From assembly GCA_964350985.1 (NCBI GenBank), contig CAYGLK010000001.1:52272-89017 (forward strand): 36,746 nt of DNA, given 5' to 3'. The DNA comes from an uncultured Candidatus Saccharibacteria bacterium (GTDB taxonomy: Bacteria > Patescibacteriota > Minisyncoccia > Phycocordibacterales > UBA918). The notes under the pieces were generated by a model. It did not search any database, was not told where the DNA came from, and saw nothing but the letters and a program-made list of their open reading frames with translations. Shown piece by piece: positions 25,894 through 35,651 of the stretch (position 1 is its first letter; each line of letters begins with the position of its first letter). The translations under genes and the position numbers were made by a program.

Positions 25894-28002
25894 ATGGCAG
25901 AAAAAAAAGAAAAGAAAGGGAGCTATGACGCTTCTTCGATCTCGGTACTTGAGGGTCTAGAGCCAGTTCGAAAACGTCCGGGAATGTATATCGGAACTAC
26001 TGGTCCCGATGGACTCCATCACATGATTTGGGAAGTGTTCGACAACTCTCGCGATGAAGCGATGGGTGGCTTTGCTGACAGAGTAGAAGTAGCACTGCTA
26101 CCTGGTGGTTATGTTCGCGTCACTGATAACGGTCGTGGTATTCCGGTTGATGTTCATAAACAAACTAAAGTATCTGCACTTGAGACGATTTTAACTGTGC
26201 TCCATGCCGGCGGTAAGTTTGGTGGTGAGAGTTCTGGTTATAAAGTATCAGGAGGTCTTCATGGAGTGGGTGTATCGGTAATGAATGCACTTTCTTCGCA
26301 CGTAATTGTAGAGGTGCACCGAGACGGTGGTTATTACATGCAAGAGTACTCAATTGGTGTACCAAAGTATAAAGTAAAGAAAGTTGGTCCTTCAAAGAAA
26401 AATGGCACAATCATTACTTTCCAACCCGACGCTACTATATTTCCAGATACTAGTTTTGATTTTAAACGAATAGTTAATCACCTTCGTCAACAAGCCTACT
26501 TAGTGAAAGCTATGCAGATGTCAGTGATAGACGCCCGCCTAGTAGCAGGTGAAGCTGCAGCTGTACATGCTATTGATGATAAAAATGTAAAGAAGTTTCT
26601 TGAAGGTATTAAAGGTAAGTTTTATCTTACTGATGAACATCTTGAAGTACCAAATCAGAATTTCTATTTTGAAGGAGGACTACGCTCATTGGTAGCCTTT
26701 AATAACCAATACCAAAAACCAGTTCATAAGAACATTTTCTACATTGAAAAAACTAATGTCGACTCAGCGGTCCTTTCGGTTGAGGTGGCAGTTCAGTATG
26801 TAGATGATATTTCTTCTCGTATTTCTGCCTTTGCCAACAATATCAATAATCCTGAACACGGGACACACATTACCGGCTTTAAGACTGCTTTAACCAGAAC
26901 GCTAAATAACTACGCCAAGAAGAATAATTTCTTCTCAGTTAAAGATAAAGACACAGGCTTTACTGGAGATGATGTACTTGAAGGTATTACGGCTGTTGTA
27001 TCTGTAAAAATGCCTGAAATTCAATTTGAAGGACAAACAAAAGCAAAACTTGGTTCAGTTGAAGCTAGAGGTGCTGTCGAGTCAGTTTTTGGAGAGAACT
27101 TTAGTGCTTATTTAGAAGAAAATCCTGACGATGCTAAAGCGATCATAAATAAAGTCGTGATTGCAGTAAAAGCTCGTAAAGCAGCTAAAGCAGCTAAAGA
27201 CAGTGTGTTGCGTAAAGGAGCTTTGGAGGGAATGTCTCTTCCTGGAAAACTGGCGGACTGTCAAAGTAAAAAAGCTGAAGATTCTGAACTCTTTATTGTA
27301 GAGGGAGACTCAGCTGGAGGTTCGGCTAAGATGGGACGTGACCGAAAGACTCAAGCTATCTTGGCTCTTAGAGGAAAAATTCTAAACGTTGAGAGGGCCC
27401 GAATAGACAAAATGCTAGCCTCGGAGCAAATCAAAAACGTTGTGATTGCTCTTGGAACTGCTATCGGAGACGTGTTTGATATATCACGCTTGCGTTACCA
27501 CAAGATAATTATTGCAACAGATGCTGATGTTGACGGTGCTCACATTAGAACATTATTGTTGACTCTGTTTTATCGTTACTTTAAACCACTAGTAGAAGGA
27601 GGTTTTATCTACATCGCTCAACCACCACTGTATAAGATTCAAAAAGGAAAAGAAGTTCAGTACGCCTTTAACGATGAAGAGAAGTTTACTGTCCTCAAGT
27701 CTATGGGTATCGACCCGGATGATAACGAAAGTGTCGCTGAAGGTGATGGAGAAGAAGAGGCAGTTGAAGCAGTAAAGAAAAATACTAAGGTTAGAATTCA
27801 GCGTTATAAGGGTCTTGGAGAAATGAACGCTGAAGAGCTAGGAGAGACAACTATGAATCCTGAATTCCGTATCCTAAAACAAGTTTCTATTGATGATGCT
27901 GAGATGGCCGACAAAGTATTTGATGTTTTGATGGGAACTGATGTTTCTAGTAGAAAATCATTTATCCAATCAAACGCTAAGATGGCTAATCTTGATATTT
28001 AA
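25894..28002 (+). CDS. gyrB: DNA gyrase subunit B
   Basis: LEGLEPVRKRPGMYIG, DNGRGIP, HAGGKF, VEGDSAGG, TDADVDG, QRYKGLGEMN. Confidence 0.97.
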   Translation: MAEKKEKKGSYDASSISVLEGLEPVRKRPGMYIGTTGPDGLHHMIWEVFDNSRDEAMGGFADRVEVALLPGGYVRVTDNGRGIPVDVHKQTKVSALETILTVLHAGGKFGGESSGYKVSGGLHGVGVSVMNALSSHVIVEVHRDGGYYMQEYSIGVPKYKVKKVGPSKKNGTIITFQPDATIFPDTSFDFKRIVNHLRQQAYLVKAMQMSVIDARLVAGEAAAVHAIDDKNVKKFLEGIKGKFYLTDEHLEVPNQNFYFEGGLRSLVAFNNQYQKPVHKNIFYIEKTNVDSAVLSVEVAVQYVDDISSRISAFANNINNPEHGTHITGFKTALTRTLNNYAKKNNFFSVKDKDTGFTGDDVLEGITAVVSVKMPEIQFEGQTKAKLGSVEARGAVESVFGENFSAYLEENPDDAKAIINKVVIAVKARKAAKAAKDSVLRKGALEGMSLPGKLADCQSKKAEDSELFIVEGDSAGGSAKMGRDRKTQAILALRGKILNVERARIDKMLASEQIKNVVIALGTAIGDVFDISRLRYHKIIIATDADVDGAHIRTLLLTLFYRYFKPLVEGGFIYIAQPPLYKIQKGKEVQYAFNDEEKFTVLKSMGIDPDDNESVAEGDGEEEAVEAVKKNTKVRIQRYKGLGEMNAEELGETTMNPEFRILKQVSIDDAEMADKVFDVLMGTDVSSRKSFIQSNAKMANLDI

Positions 28003-28010
28003 TCGAGAGG

Positions 28011-28055
28011 TAAATAAAAAGACCGGGAGCCATAGGCTCCCGGTCTTTTTATTTA
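28011..28055. terminator. Bidirectional intrinsic terminator
   Basis: taaataaaaagaccgggagcc-ata-ggctcccggtctttttattta. Confidence 0.92.
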
Positions 28056-28066
28056 TTGAGAGAGTT

Positions 28067-29086
28067 TTATCTTACCTCAACTGACCAATCAAAATCATTG
28101 TTTCTTTGATTTGTATCTTCATCAACACTTACTTCAATACCAAATCCTTCTAGACCACGGTCACTTACAGCAGGGAAGCCGATAGTGATAGTTGTTCGTT
28201 CGTTTGGCTTCAGTGGGTTTAAGTCGTTTGACTCATAACTGCCACCACCAGGTAAGTCAGCTTCAAATGTCCATTTTTCGGAAGTCTTTGTTCCCACATT
28301 CTTCACAGAGAATTGGAATGCTCCCTTAACGTTTCTTGTGAGTAATCCAGTATTACTAAATATTCCAGCGCTGTTTTGAGTACCGATACCAAGATAAGTT
28401 ACAACCAAATCAGTGAAACCGTTTGGATTTGATACTGGAATAGCATACTCGTATTCATATACCGGAGCTGGTGGAAGTGGAGTTGAAGTTACTGGAGTAG
28501 ATGGAGTTTCCTCAACCACTTCTTCTGTTGAAGTTGCTGTTTCATCTATAACTAGACGAGGGTTTTCTACTAAAACAGTTTTAGATACTGAGCTAGCTTT
28601 ACTTAGGCTATTCTCTTTAAAGTAAGAGATTGTGTAAGTAAGATTTACTTCAGCATTCTTTTCAGAGTCGATAACTAGCACAACTGTATCAACTAACCCT
28701 AAGTTGTATGAGTTGTTACAGTCAGCGGAGTTAAATTTGTTTGTCGCTGTTTCAATTGAGAGTGATACACCTTCTTCACATTGATAACTAAAAGTGTATT
28801 GACCGCTTTCAGCGTCATTTGCCCAAGAGATGACAAAGTTTGCACCACTATTTACTCCACTATTAGTAGAAGTAATTATAATATTCTTTTCAACCTCGAC
28901 TACTTTAGTCGGATCTTCACTGTAAACACTGTCAGCTAAAGAGGCTAGGGAAGTAACCGCTGAAGGAAACAGATTAACTAATTGAACTGATAACCAAGCA
29001 ATAAGAACTACTATTCCTAAAAGACCAATTATGGCTAATGTATTTAATACTCCTGACTTCTTTTCTGGTGTAACGTTATTATTCAT
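28067..29086 (-). CDS. Membrane-anchored protein with C-terminal CARDB-like Ig domain
   Basis: N-terminal TM; TDLVV...F.VKNVGTK...L.PNE...EDTNQRNN. Confidence 0.7.
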   Translation of the reverse strand: MNNNVTPEKKSGVLNTLAIIGLLGIVVLIAWLSVQLVNLFPSAVTSLASLADSVYSEDPTKVVEVEKNIIITSTNSGVNSGANFVISWANDAESGQYTFSYQCEEGVSLSIETATNKFNSADCNNSYNLGLVDTVVLVIDSEKNAEVNLTYTISYFKENSLSKASSVSKTVLVENPRLVIDETATSTEEVVEETPSTPVTSTPLPPAPVYEYEYAIPVSNPNGFTDLVVTYLGIGTQNSAGIFSNTGLLTRNVKGAFQFSVKNVGTKTSEKWTFEADLPGGGSYESNDLNPLKPNERTTITIGFPAVSDRGLEGFGIEVSVDEDTNQRNNDFDWSVEVR

Positions 29087-29196
29087 AATGGGAACCCTAC
29101 CACTAATGATACAATATGTCAACTCATCTGAATCTTGAAAAAGACTTGAGCTCTAGTATTGACTTTTTTATAAAACGTGCTATCATAGCCCGATCT

Positions 29197-29928
29197 ATGG
29201 AAGTAAAAACTTTGTCACAATTAGTTGAATTAATCTTTTTAAGAAAAATCGCTTTTCTTTTAGCTTTTTTCACTATCTTCACTATTTCTTATGCTTTTCT
29301 AGCATGGGCTGACTTTCTGCCTGAGATGGTTGAAAAAGAAAATGCTGCAGTTGAGGTTAGTGAAGTTGAGGCAGCTACAGACTTTGCGACTATTACACCT
29401 ACTATAGTTGAATATATTGAGGAAACTGTGGCTATTGATAATAACAATAGTGTTTCTTCTAATGGTTCTGCTTCAACTTTTACAGACCCTGTTTATCCAA
29501 CTAGTATCTATATTGAAGCTTTAGATAGGAGAGTTGATGTTTTAAATCCAACTTCACGTAATATTGCTGATTTAGATGAGGCTCTATTAGAGGGAGTGGT
29601 ACGCCATCCTGATTCTGCCACGCTAGATAGGACTGGAACAGTCTTTCTTTTAGGACACTCAAGTTATTTGCCGGTAGTAAATAACAAGTCTTTTCAAGCC
29701 TTCAACGGTATCCAAAAACTTAAATGGGGTGAATTAATTGAGGTAACAACAGCGCAAGGGAAGTATATTTACCGTATTTCTAAGGTTTATCGTGCTAAAG
29801 CTGAAAATGTCACTGTACCAATTGCTGGTGATAAAAAACGCTTAGTTTTAGCCACTTGTAATAGTTTTGGTAGTACCGACGACCGTTATATTGTTGAAGC
29901 TGAAATCATCGAAGAACGTCTATTTTAA
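29197..29928 (+). CDS. Sortase
   Basis: N-terminal TM; L.EGV..HP, LLGHSS, AFNGIQKL..G, LVLATC, DRYIV give the His/Cys/Arg triad. Confidence 0.92.
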   Translation: MEVKTLSQLVELIFLRKIAFLLAFFTIFTISYAFLAWADFLPEMVEKENAAVEVSEVEAATDFATITPTIVEYIEETVAIDNNNSVSSNGSASTFTDPVYPTSIYIEALDRRVDVLNPTSRNIADLDEALLEGVVRHPDSATLDRTGTVFLLGHSSYLPVVNNKSFQAFNGIQKLKWGELIEVTTAQGKYIYRISKVYRAKAENVTVPIAGDKKRLVLATCNSFGSTDDRYIVEAEIIEERLF

Positions 29929-29948
29929 GCTGAACTCCTCTCAAGCAC

Positions 29949-29977
29949 TTGACAAAACCCAATAAATGGTATATCAT
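29949..29977 (+). promoter_or_regulatory. Sigma70 promoter of the large surface protein
   Basis: TTGACA-17 bp-TATCAT. Confidence 0.7.
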
Positions 29978-30107
29978 ATTGGGAATACTTGTTCTCCAAT
30001 AGTTCTCTGAATTTCCTAAAAAGTGTTGCCACCCAGTTTAAATGGGAGTAACATTTTCGTAATCTTAATTACTCAGCTTACAAAGGTGTAGGTGGGGTAT
30101 AAAAATT

Positions 30108-33100
30108 ATGAATATAAAAAATATTATTATGAAAGTTACAAATTTTCTAAAGCGATTTGCACCAGCTATCGCTGTCTTCGTTGTATTACTTGCCGCTTTA
30201 AACTTTGGATCATACGATCCTTATAATGAGCTCACAGTACTGACTCCAGATAATGCTCAGGCTATGGTTGCTGGTACAGCTGCTGTTGGCGAAGCCACAA
30301 AATCAGAGCCGGCTAATTCAGGCGGCAGTAATATTAATGTGGTTTGTGACTTACGTTCTAACGTATCCAATAACACTGTTACAGCTGGAGGTAGTGTGAC
30401 TATCTCGTGGACAGTTGAAGGTTACGGCCCGGTTACTTTAAATGGTAATCCGGTGGCAAATTCAGGTTCACAGACTTTCGATAATATTCGAACAAATACC
30501 CCCTACACCATCTCAGCTTCTGGAAATAATGGTAATTGTAATCTTAAAATTACCATTATCTGTGTTCAACCAGTACCTCCTCAATGTGTTGAGTTTAGAG
30601 CTCTACAGCCACAAATCTTAGTTGGTGAAAACACTGATTTACTTTGGCGTACTGAAAACGCTGTTACGGTAACAATTAGTAATGTTAACTCAAATAACTT
30701 GCCCGTTTCTGGTAGATATACAGTCAATCCAACTGAGACTACTACTTATGTATTAACAGCGACCAACGCAAATGGTGATCAAGATACTTGTACAACTACA
30801 ATTACTGTAGTTGTCAGTGCACCAATTGCTAGTTGTGAGATGTTTATCTCTACAGATAATGTGAACTTCACAACTGGGCAAGTTACTATTACTCAAGGTC
30901 AACCTGTTTATGTTAGATGGACTACGCAAAATGCTGATCAGGTAGTGTTCACTGATACTAGTTCAAGTGGACTATCAAGGGTGGTTGGTCCAAGTGGGAC
31001 TGAAACATTTTATCCTACTTCATATACTACTTACGTAATCGTGGTACATAGTGCAAATAGTTCAGGAGGTATTCCTGATCAAAAATGTAGTGTCTATGTT
31101 GAAGTTCTACCGCCCACAACACCAATTGTGCCAGTTTGTGATTCATTTAGAGCTAATCCAACAAGTATTAGAAATGGTGAATCATCAACTCTAGCTTGGC
31201 AAACAACAAACGCTACTAGTATTACTATTAGTGGACTAACAGGACCGTTTCCGGTTGATGGTAATACTGATGTTAGACCAACTGTCACTACTACATATAT
31301 ATTGACTGCTACAAATGCTAGTGGTCAGCAAGTTACTTGTCCAGCTGTGGTTGTGACAGTAACACCAGTTGTGCCAAACGTACCTTATTGTAACTCTTTC
31401 AGTGCTACTCCAAGTGAGTTACCTGCAGGAGGAGGAAACGTAACACTCATCTGGAACACAATTTATGGTAATTCAGTTACTATCACTCCAGATATTGGTT
31501 CAGTAAATCAAAGAGGAATACTAGAAGTGTTTGTAAACTCTACAAGAACTTACACATTGACTGTAGTAGGCGCTAATAACCAACAAGATACTTGTACTGT
31601 AACAATTAAAGTTTCTACAAATACACAGACTCCAATTTGTTTCCTTCAAGGAAATTATGTTGAGACGTTAGCAAATGGTCGTCATGTTGTTTCACTAACT
31701 TGGTGGACAGCTAATGCTACTAATGCGACTATCCAACCAATATTTGGAGCAGTTGGTCTTAGTGGAGCTACAACAACTACTGTTACCCAGAACACTACTT
31801 TCACCCTGACTGCTTTTGGAGCTAATGGGCAATCAGACATTTGTCCGATAACAGTTACTATTCCACCACCAGTAGATCCAGTATTACCTGTTTGTAATTC
31901 ATTTACAGCAGACCCAGGGACGGTTAATAAAGGTGGTACTAGTACTCTAGCTTGGTCTACAACAAACGCTGTTAGAGTAGCTATTGATAACGGAATCGGA
32001 CAAGTGGCTACTAGTGGCCCATTGGCTACTACTGAAGTTGGTAATATACAACAAACAACAACTTTTACCCTGACTGTGTTTGGTGCAAATAATCAGCAAG
32101 ATACTTGTACAAGAACAGTAACTGTTAATCCGACAACACCAACTCCAATCAATTGTACAGACAACGTAGACTTCACGGCTGACCCAAGTTCAATCCGTCG
32201 TGGAAACGATTCTACTTTGACTTGGACTACAACTGGAATCGATAGTGTTCGTTTTGATAACGGCATCACTTCAACTGACCCAAGTGGATCAGTAACCGTT
32301 TCTCCAAATGATTCAACTACATATAACCTAATTGCGACTACTGGTTCTACAACTATCAGTTGTCCAGTTAGAGTTTCAGTTACTACAGGAGGTGGTGGAG
32401 GAGGATCATCAAGTCCACGATGTGAGCTTTCTATCTCAAAGAATAAAATTAAGAGTGGAGAAAGAGTTACTCTTACATGGGATAGTTCACGAGCGACAGA
32501 ATTGGTAATTGAAGACCAAACTACACGAAAGGATATTGTTACTACTGAAGATTTACTTGGTGACGATAAAGATGATCTATTTGACGGAACTATTACAGTT
32601 TCTCCAAAGAAGGACACTACTTACTTAATGACTGTAAGTCGAGGTTCAAAGGACCGAACTTGTAAGGTAAGTGTAGATGTCTCAGACGATATAGTTGTTA
32701 ACCAAGTTCGAGATCAGCAACCATTAGTTTCTGGTATTTCTCTAACACAAGTACCTTATACAGGATTTGAAGCTGGACCAATTCTAACTGTCCTATTCTA
32801 CATTCTACTAATGGCTTGGGCGCTATACATTGCTTACTTGCTTGTAATCAAGCGTGATCAGTTTGGTGGACTAGCTCTAGCAACTAGTAAAATTGATTCA
32901 GAAGTACCAACTCGTTTCATCTCTGAATCAGTACGTCCAGAAATGCTGTCTGCGAGTTTCATTGCTCCAGCTGCATCTGTGGCAACAGCTCCAGTAAACC
33001 TACCTACAGCAGTAGTTGGTTATGCAAACCTTGGAGAAGAAAAAGCAGCAACAGTAGCCGTAGATCATAATGTGAATGAATCAGAAATGACTCAACTAGA

Positions 33101-33659
33101 AAATTATGCTCACAGTAAGAAAGTGCTACTTTCAAGTGATGCAATCAATCACTTTGTATCAACTACAAATTCTGATACTGAACGAACTGAAGCGTTAGAT
33201 CAAGTTATTAAAGCAGCTAAGGAACAGTATCCAGCAGAAGATGGTTGGGTAGTTCTAAACGAAAAGCGAATGCAAGATGTTTGTTTGGTTTGCCAAGTAA
33301 ACGCTGAAGCAGTTGCTGACGAAGAAAAAGAATATACTCCAGCAGTTATTCCAGTAGGATCAGGATCACTAGCAGAAGCTATTGTTACAGGTAACATTAT
33401 TTCAGCTTATGAAATGATTGGTCACCGTCCAATGTTTGCTCTAGCTGACGCAGCTGCTGATCTAGACGCAGTTTACCGAATTCGTCGTGGGGGAGATGGA
33501 GTTGCTTCTGAAATGTTAATGAAAGAAACAGCTAAGCTTTCAAACGAACAAATTCTACAAATGATCCAAGCTCTAACAGGTGCTATCGACGGTACATATA
33601 CTGACGAAGCAGCAGCTGTAAAGATGTCGATCATGAAGGCTGTAAAGATGGCTAGTTAA
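30108..33659 (+). CDS. Large surface protein: nine Cys-paired Ig/PKD-like modules, VPYTG-TM-KR sorting-like signal, C-terminal cytoplasmic domain
   Basis: Repeated C..F.A.P.....G....L.W.T.NA...TTYTLT......C units; VPYTG at 32751-32765; next to the sortase. Start 30108 or 30129. Confidence 0.85.
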   Translation: MNIKNIIMKVTNFLKRFAPAIAVFVVLLAALNFGSYDPYNELTVLTPDNAQAMVAGTAAVGEATKSEPANSGGSNINVVCDLRSNVSNNTVTAGGSVTISWTVEGYGPVTLNGNPVANSGSQTFDNIRTNTPYTISASGNNGNCNLKITIICVQPVPPQCVEFRALQPQILVGENTDLLWRTENAVTVTISNVNSNNLPVSGRYTVNPTETTTYVLTATNANGDQDTCTTTITVVVSAPIASCEMFISTDNVNFTTGQVTITQGQPVYVRWTTQNADQVVFTDTSSSGLSRVVGPSGTETFYPTSYTTYVIVVHSANSSGGIPDQKCSVYVEVLPPTTPIVPVCDSFRANPTSIRNGESSTLAWQTTNATSITISGLTGPFPVDGNTDVRPTVTTTYILTATNASGQQVTCPAVVVTVTPVVPNVPYCNSFSATPSELPAGGGNVTLIWNTIYGNSVTITPDIGSVNQRGILEVFVNSTRTYTLTVVGANNQQDTCTVTIKVSTNTQTPICFLQGNYVETLANGRHVVSLTWWTANATNATIQPIFGAVGLSGATTTTVTQNTTFTLTAFGANGQSDICPITVTIPPPVDPVLPVCNSFTADPGTVNKGGTSTLAWSTTNAVRVAIDNGIGQVATSGPLATTEVGNIQQTTTFTLTVFGANNQQDTCTRTVTVNPTTPTPINCTDNVDFTADPSSIRRGNDSTLTWTTTGIDSVRFDNGITSTDPSGSVTVSPNDSTTYNLIATTGSTTISCPVRVSVTTGGGGGGSSSPRCELSISKNKIKSGERVTLTWDSSRATELVIEDQTTRKDIVTTEDLLGDDKDDLFDGTITVSPKKDTTYLMTVSRGSKDRTCKVSVDVSDDIVVNQVRDQQPLVSGISLTQVPYTGFEAGPILTVLFYILLMAWALYIAYLLVIKRDQFGGLALATSKIDSEVPTRFISESVRPEMLSASFIAPAASVATAPVNLPTAVVGYANLGEEKAATVAVDHNVNESEMTQLENYAHSKKVLLSSDAINHFVSTTNSDTERTEALDQVIKAAKEQYPAEDGWVVLNEKRMQDVCLVCQVNAEAVADEEKEYTPAVIPVGSGSLAEAIVTGNIISAYEMIGHRPMFALADAAADLDAVYRIRRGGDGVASEMLMKETAKLSNEQILQMIQALTGAIDGTYTDEAAAVKMSIMKAVKMAS

Positions 33660-33670
33660 TACTAGAAAAT

Positions 33671-33714
33671 ATAAAACAAAACCCCTGCGCCTTGGCGCAG
33701 GGGTTTTGTTTTAT
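33671..33714. terminator. Bidirectional intrinsic terminator
   Basis: ataaaacaaaacccctgcgcc-tt-ggcgcaggggttttgttttat. Confidence 0.92.
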
Positions 33715-35484
33715 TTAGATCTTCTTTGTCTCGATTTCTGTGAGTAAGTGGTTTCCTAGTTCGTTGGTAGTTAGTTGTCTTGGTTCGCCATCTCTGGTCT
33801 CCAAAGTGACATTTTTAGCTTCGACCTCTTTGTCTCCGATAACCACGAAGTAGGGGAGACGATCTGTTTTAGCTTTACGGATCTTCTTTCCCATTGAATC
33901 ATTATCATCCATGAGCTCAGTTCGGATACCAATTCCCTTAAGTTCATTGTAGACCTTTGTGGCATACTCGTTATGTATTTCACTAACCGGGATTACTGCT
34001 ATCTGTACTGGCGCCATCCAAAGTGGGAAGTTCCCACCATAGTGTTCGATTAAGAAGCCAATAAATCTTTCGTGTGTACCTAATGGTGCTCGGTGAATAA
34101 TAGCTGGGGTTTTTTTAGCCCCGTCTTTGTCTGTATATTCAAGTCCGAAACGTTTTCCCATAAATAGATCAAGCTGGTTTGTAGAAGCTGTGAAAGCTCT
34201 ACCGATAGAAGAAAATATCTGGAAGTCCATTTTTGGTCCATAGAAAGCAGCTCCTTCGTTTACAACTTTAAATGGCACTCCTGATTTTTCCATTGCTTCG
34301 ATGGTCATTTTTTCTGCATCAATCCAGTCAGCTTCGTCACCGTGATATTTATCTAGTTTGTTCGGGTCACGTAACGCAAGTTCCATTTCATATTTTTCGA
34401 TTCCAAGAGCTTTGTAATAGTACTCATGTAACTTAATGACGTTAATGAATTCTTCAACAGCATCTTCTCGAGCTACATAAATATGAGCATCATTCATTTG
34501 CATACCTCTCACCCGCATTAATCCAAAGAGACTTCCTGAATCTTCATACCGATGACACCAACCATACTCAGCAAAACGCACTGGTAAATCCCGATAACTC
34601 TTAGGTCTAGCAGCAAAAGTTTTGTGGTGGAAAGGACAATTCATTGGCTTAATGTAGTAGTTTTCTTCCTCAATTTGGATCGGGGAATACATGCTGTCTT
34701 TATACAAGGGTAAGTGTCCAGATGTGTAAAAGAGATCTTCTTTTGTTATGATAGGTGTAGTAACGCGCTCATAATCCCATTTTTGCTCTGTTTTCTTGGC
34801 CCAATTCTCTAATTCTTCTTTTATTATATTTCCTTTAGGTAGCCAGATTGGTAGACCTTTTCCGATAGTTTCATCAAAATGAAATAAGTCCATTTTTTCA
34901 CCAATCAGGCGGTGGTCTCTTTTTTTAGCTTCAGCTATTTGGGCTTCGTAAGCTACTAGCTCTTCATTAGTTTCAAATGCTAGTCCGTAGATACGAGTTA
35001 GCATCGGATTCTTTTCGCTTCCGCGCCAGTAAGCACCAGCGATCTTATCAAGCTTGAAACTATCAGCTGGAATTTCTTCGGCTGGATTTTCACTATGCCC
35101 GCCACGACAAAGATCTGTAAACTGATGTTTGTCACTACCAGCTGTATAGAGAGTAATGGACTCACCTTTAGCGACAATCTCATCAATTAGTTCTAGTTTG
35201 AACTGATTGTCTTTGAAGATATCTTTGGCTTCAGCTTCTGTAACTACTAGGTGAGTAAACTTAGTCCAATTAGAAAGAGTCTTACGCATCAATGTCTGTA
35301 AGCTTTTTAAACTAGCTTCAGTTGGTGCTTCGCCGCCACTAAAATCAAAGTCATAATAAAAACCGTTATCAATCGCAGGACCGATTGTAGTTTTGGCGTG
35401 AGGAAATTCTATTTGCACAGCTTTAGCCAAGAGGTGGGCCAAGGTGTGTCGTTTTTGATCTAAATTATTTATTTGGCTACACAT
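33715..35484 (-). CDS. thrS: Threonyl-tRNA synthetase (no N-terminal TGS domain)
   Basis: RHTLAHLLA, GFYYDF, DLCRGGH, KRDHR, KPMNCP.H, GAAFYGPK, HRAPLG..ERF. Confidence 0.97.
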   Translation of the reverse strand: MCSQINNLDQKRHTLAHLLAKAVQIEFPHAKTTIGPAIDNGFYYDFDFSGGEAPTEASLKSLQTLMRKTLSNWTKFTHLVVTEAEAKDIFKDNQFKLELIDEIVAKGESITLYTAGSDKHQFTDLCRGGHSENPAEEIPADSFKLDKIAGAYWRGSEKNPMLTRIYGLAFETNEELVAYEAQIAEAKKRDHRLIGEKMDLFHFDETIGKGLPIWLPKGNIIKEELENWAKKTEQKWDYERVTTPIITKEDLFYTSGHLPLYKDSMYSPIQIEEENYYIKPMNCPFHHKTFAARPKSYRDLPVRFAEYGWCHRYEDSGSLFGLMRVRGMQMNDAHIYVAREDAVEEFINVIKLHEYYYKALGIEKYEMELALRDPNKLDKYHGDEADWIDAEKMTIEAMEKSGVPFKVVNEGAAFYGPKMDFQIFSSIGRAFTASTNQLDLFMGKRFGLEYTDKDGAKKTPAIIHRAPLGTHERFIGFLIEHYGGNFPLWMAPVQIAVIPVSEIHNEYATKVYNELKGIGIRTELMDDNDSMGKKIRKAKTDRLPYFVVIGDKEVEAKNVTLETRDGEPRQLTTNELGNHLLTEIETKKI

Positions 35485-35601
35485 AGTTTAAGACTTATTA
35501 GATTTATATTTTAACAGGTTTTCTTGTTCCAGGAATTTGCTCTAGGAAAGAACAAATTCGGAACTAAATTCACAATATTCGCTACGCTCTTTTGTTCATT
35601 T

Positions 35602-35651
35602 AAAAAAACGTCCGAGCAAAAAGGTGACAGAGTCACGTTTTTGCTCGGACG
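35602..35651 (-). terminator. Attenuator terminator of the thrS leader
   Basis: CGTCCGAGCAAAAA-C-GTGAC-TCT-GTCAC-C-TTTTTGCTCGGACG followed by T7 on the minus strand. Confidence 0.9.

Noticed and set aside
32093-35186. Antisense ORFs within the surface protein and thrS
   Set aside because: Shadow frames of well-supported genes, with no motifs.
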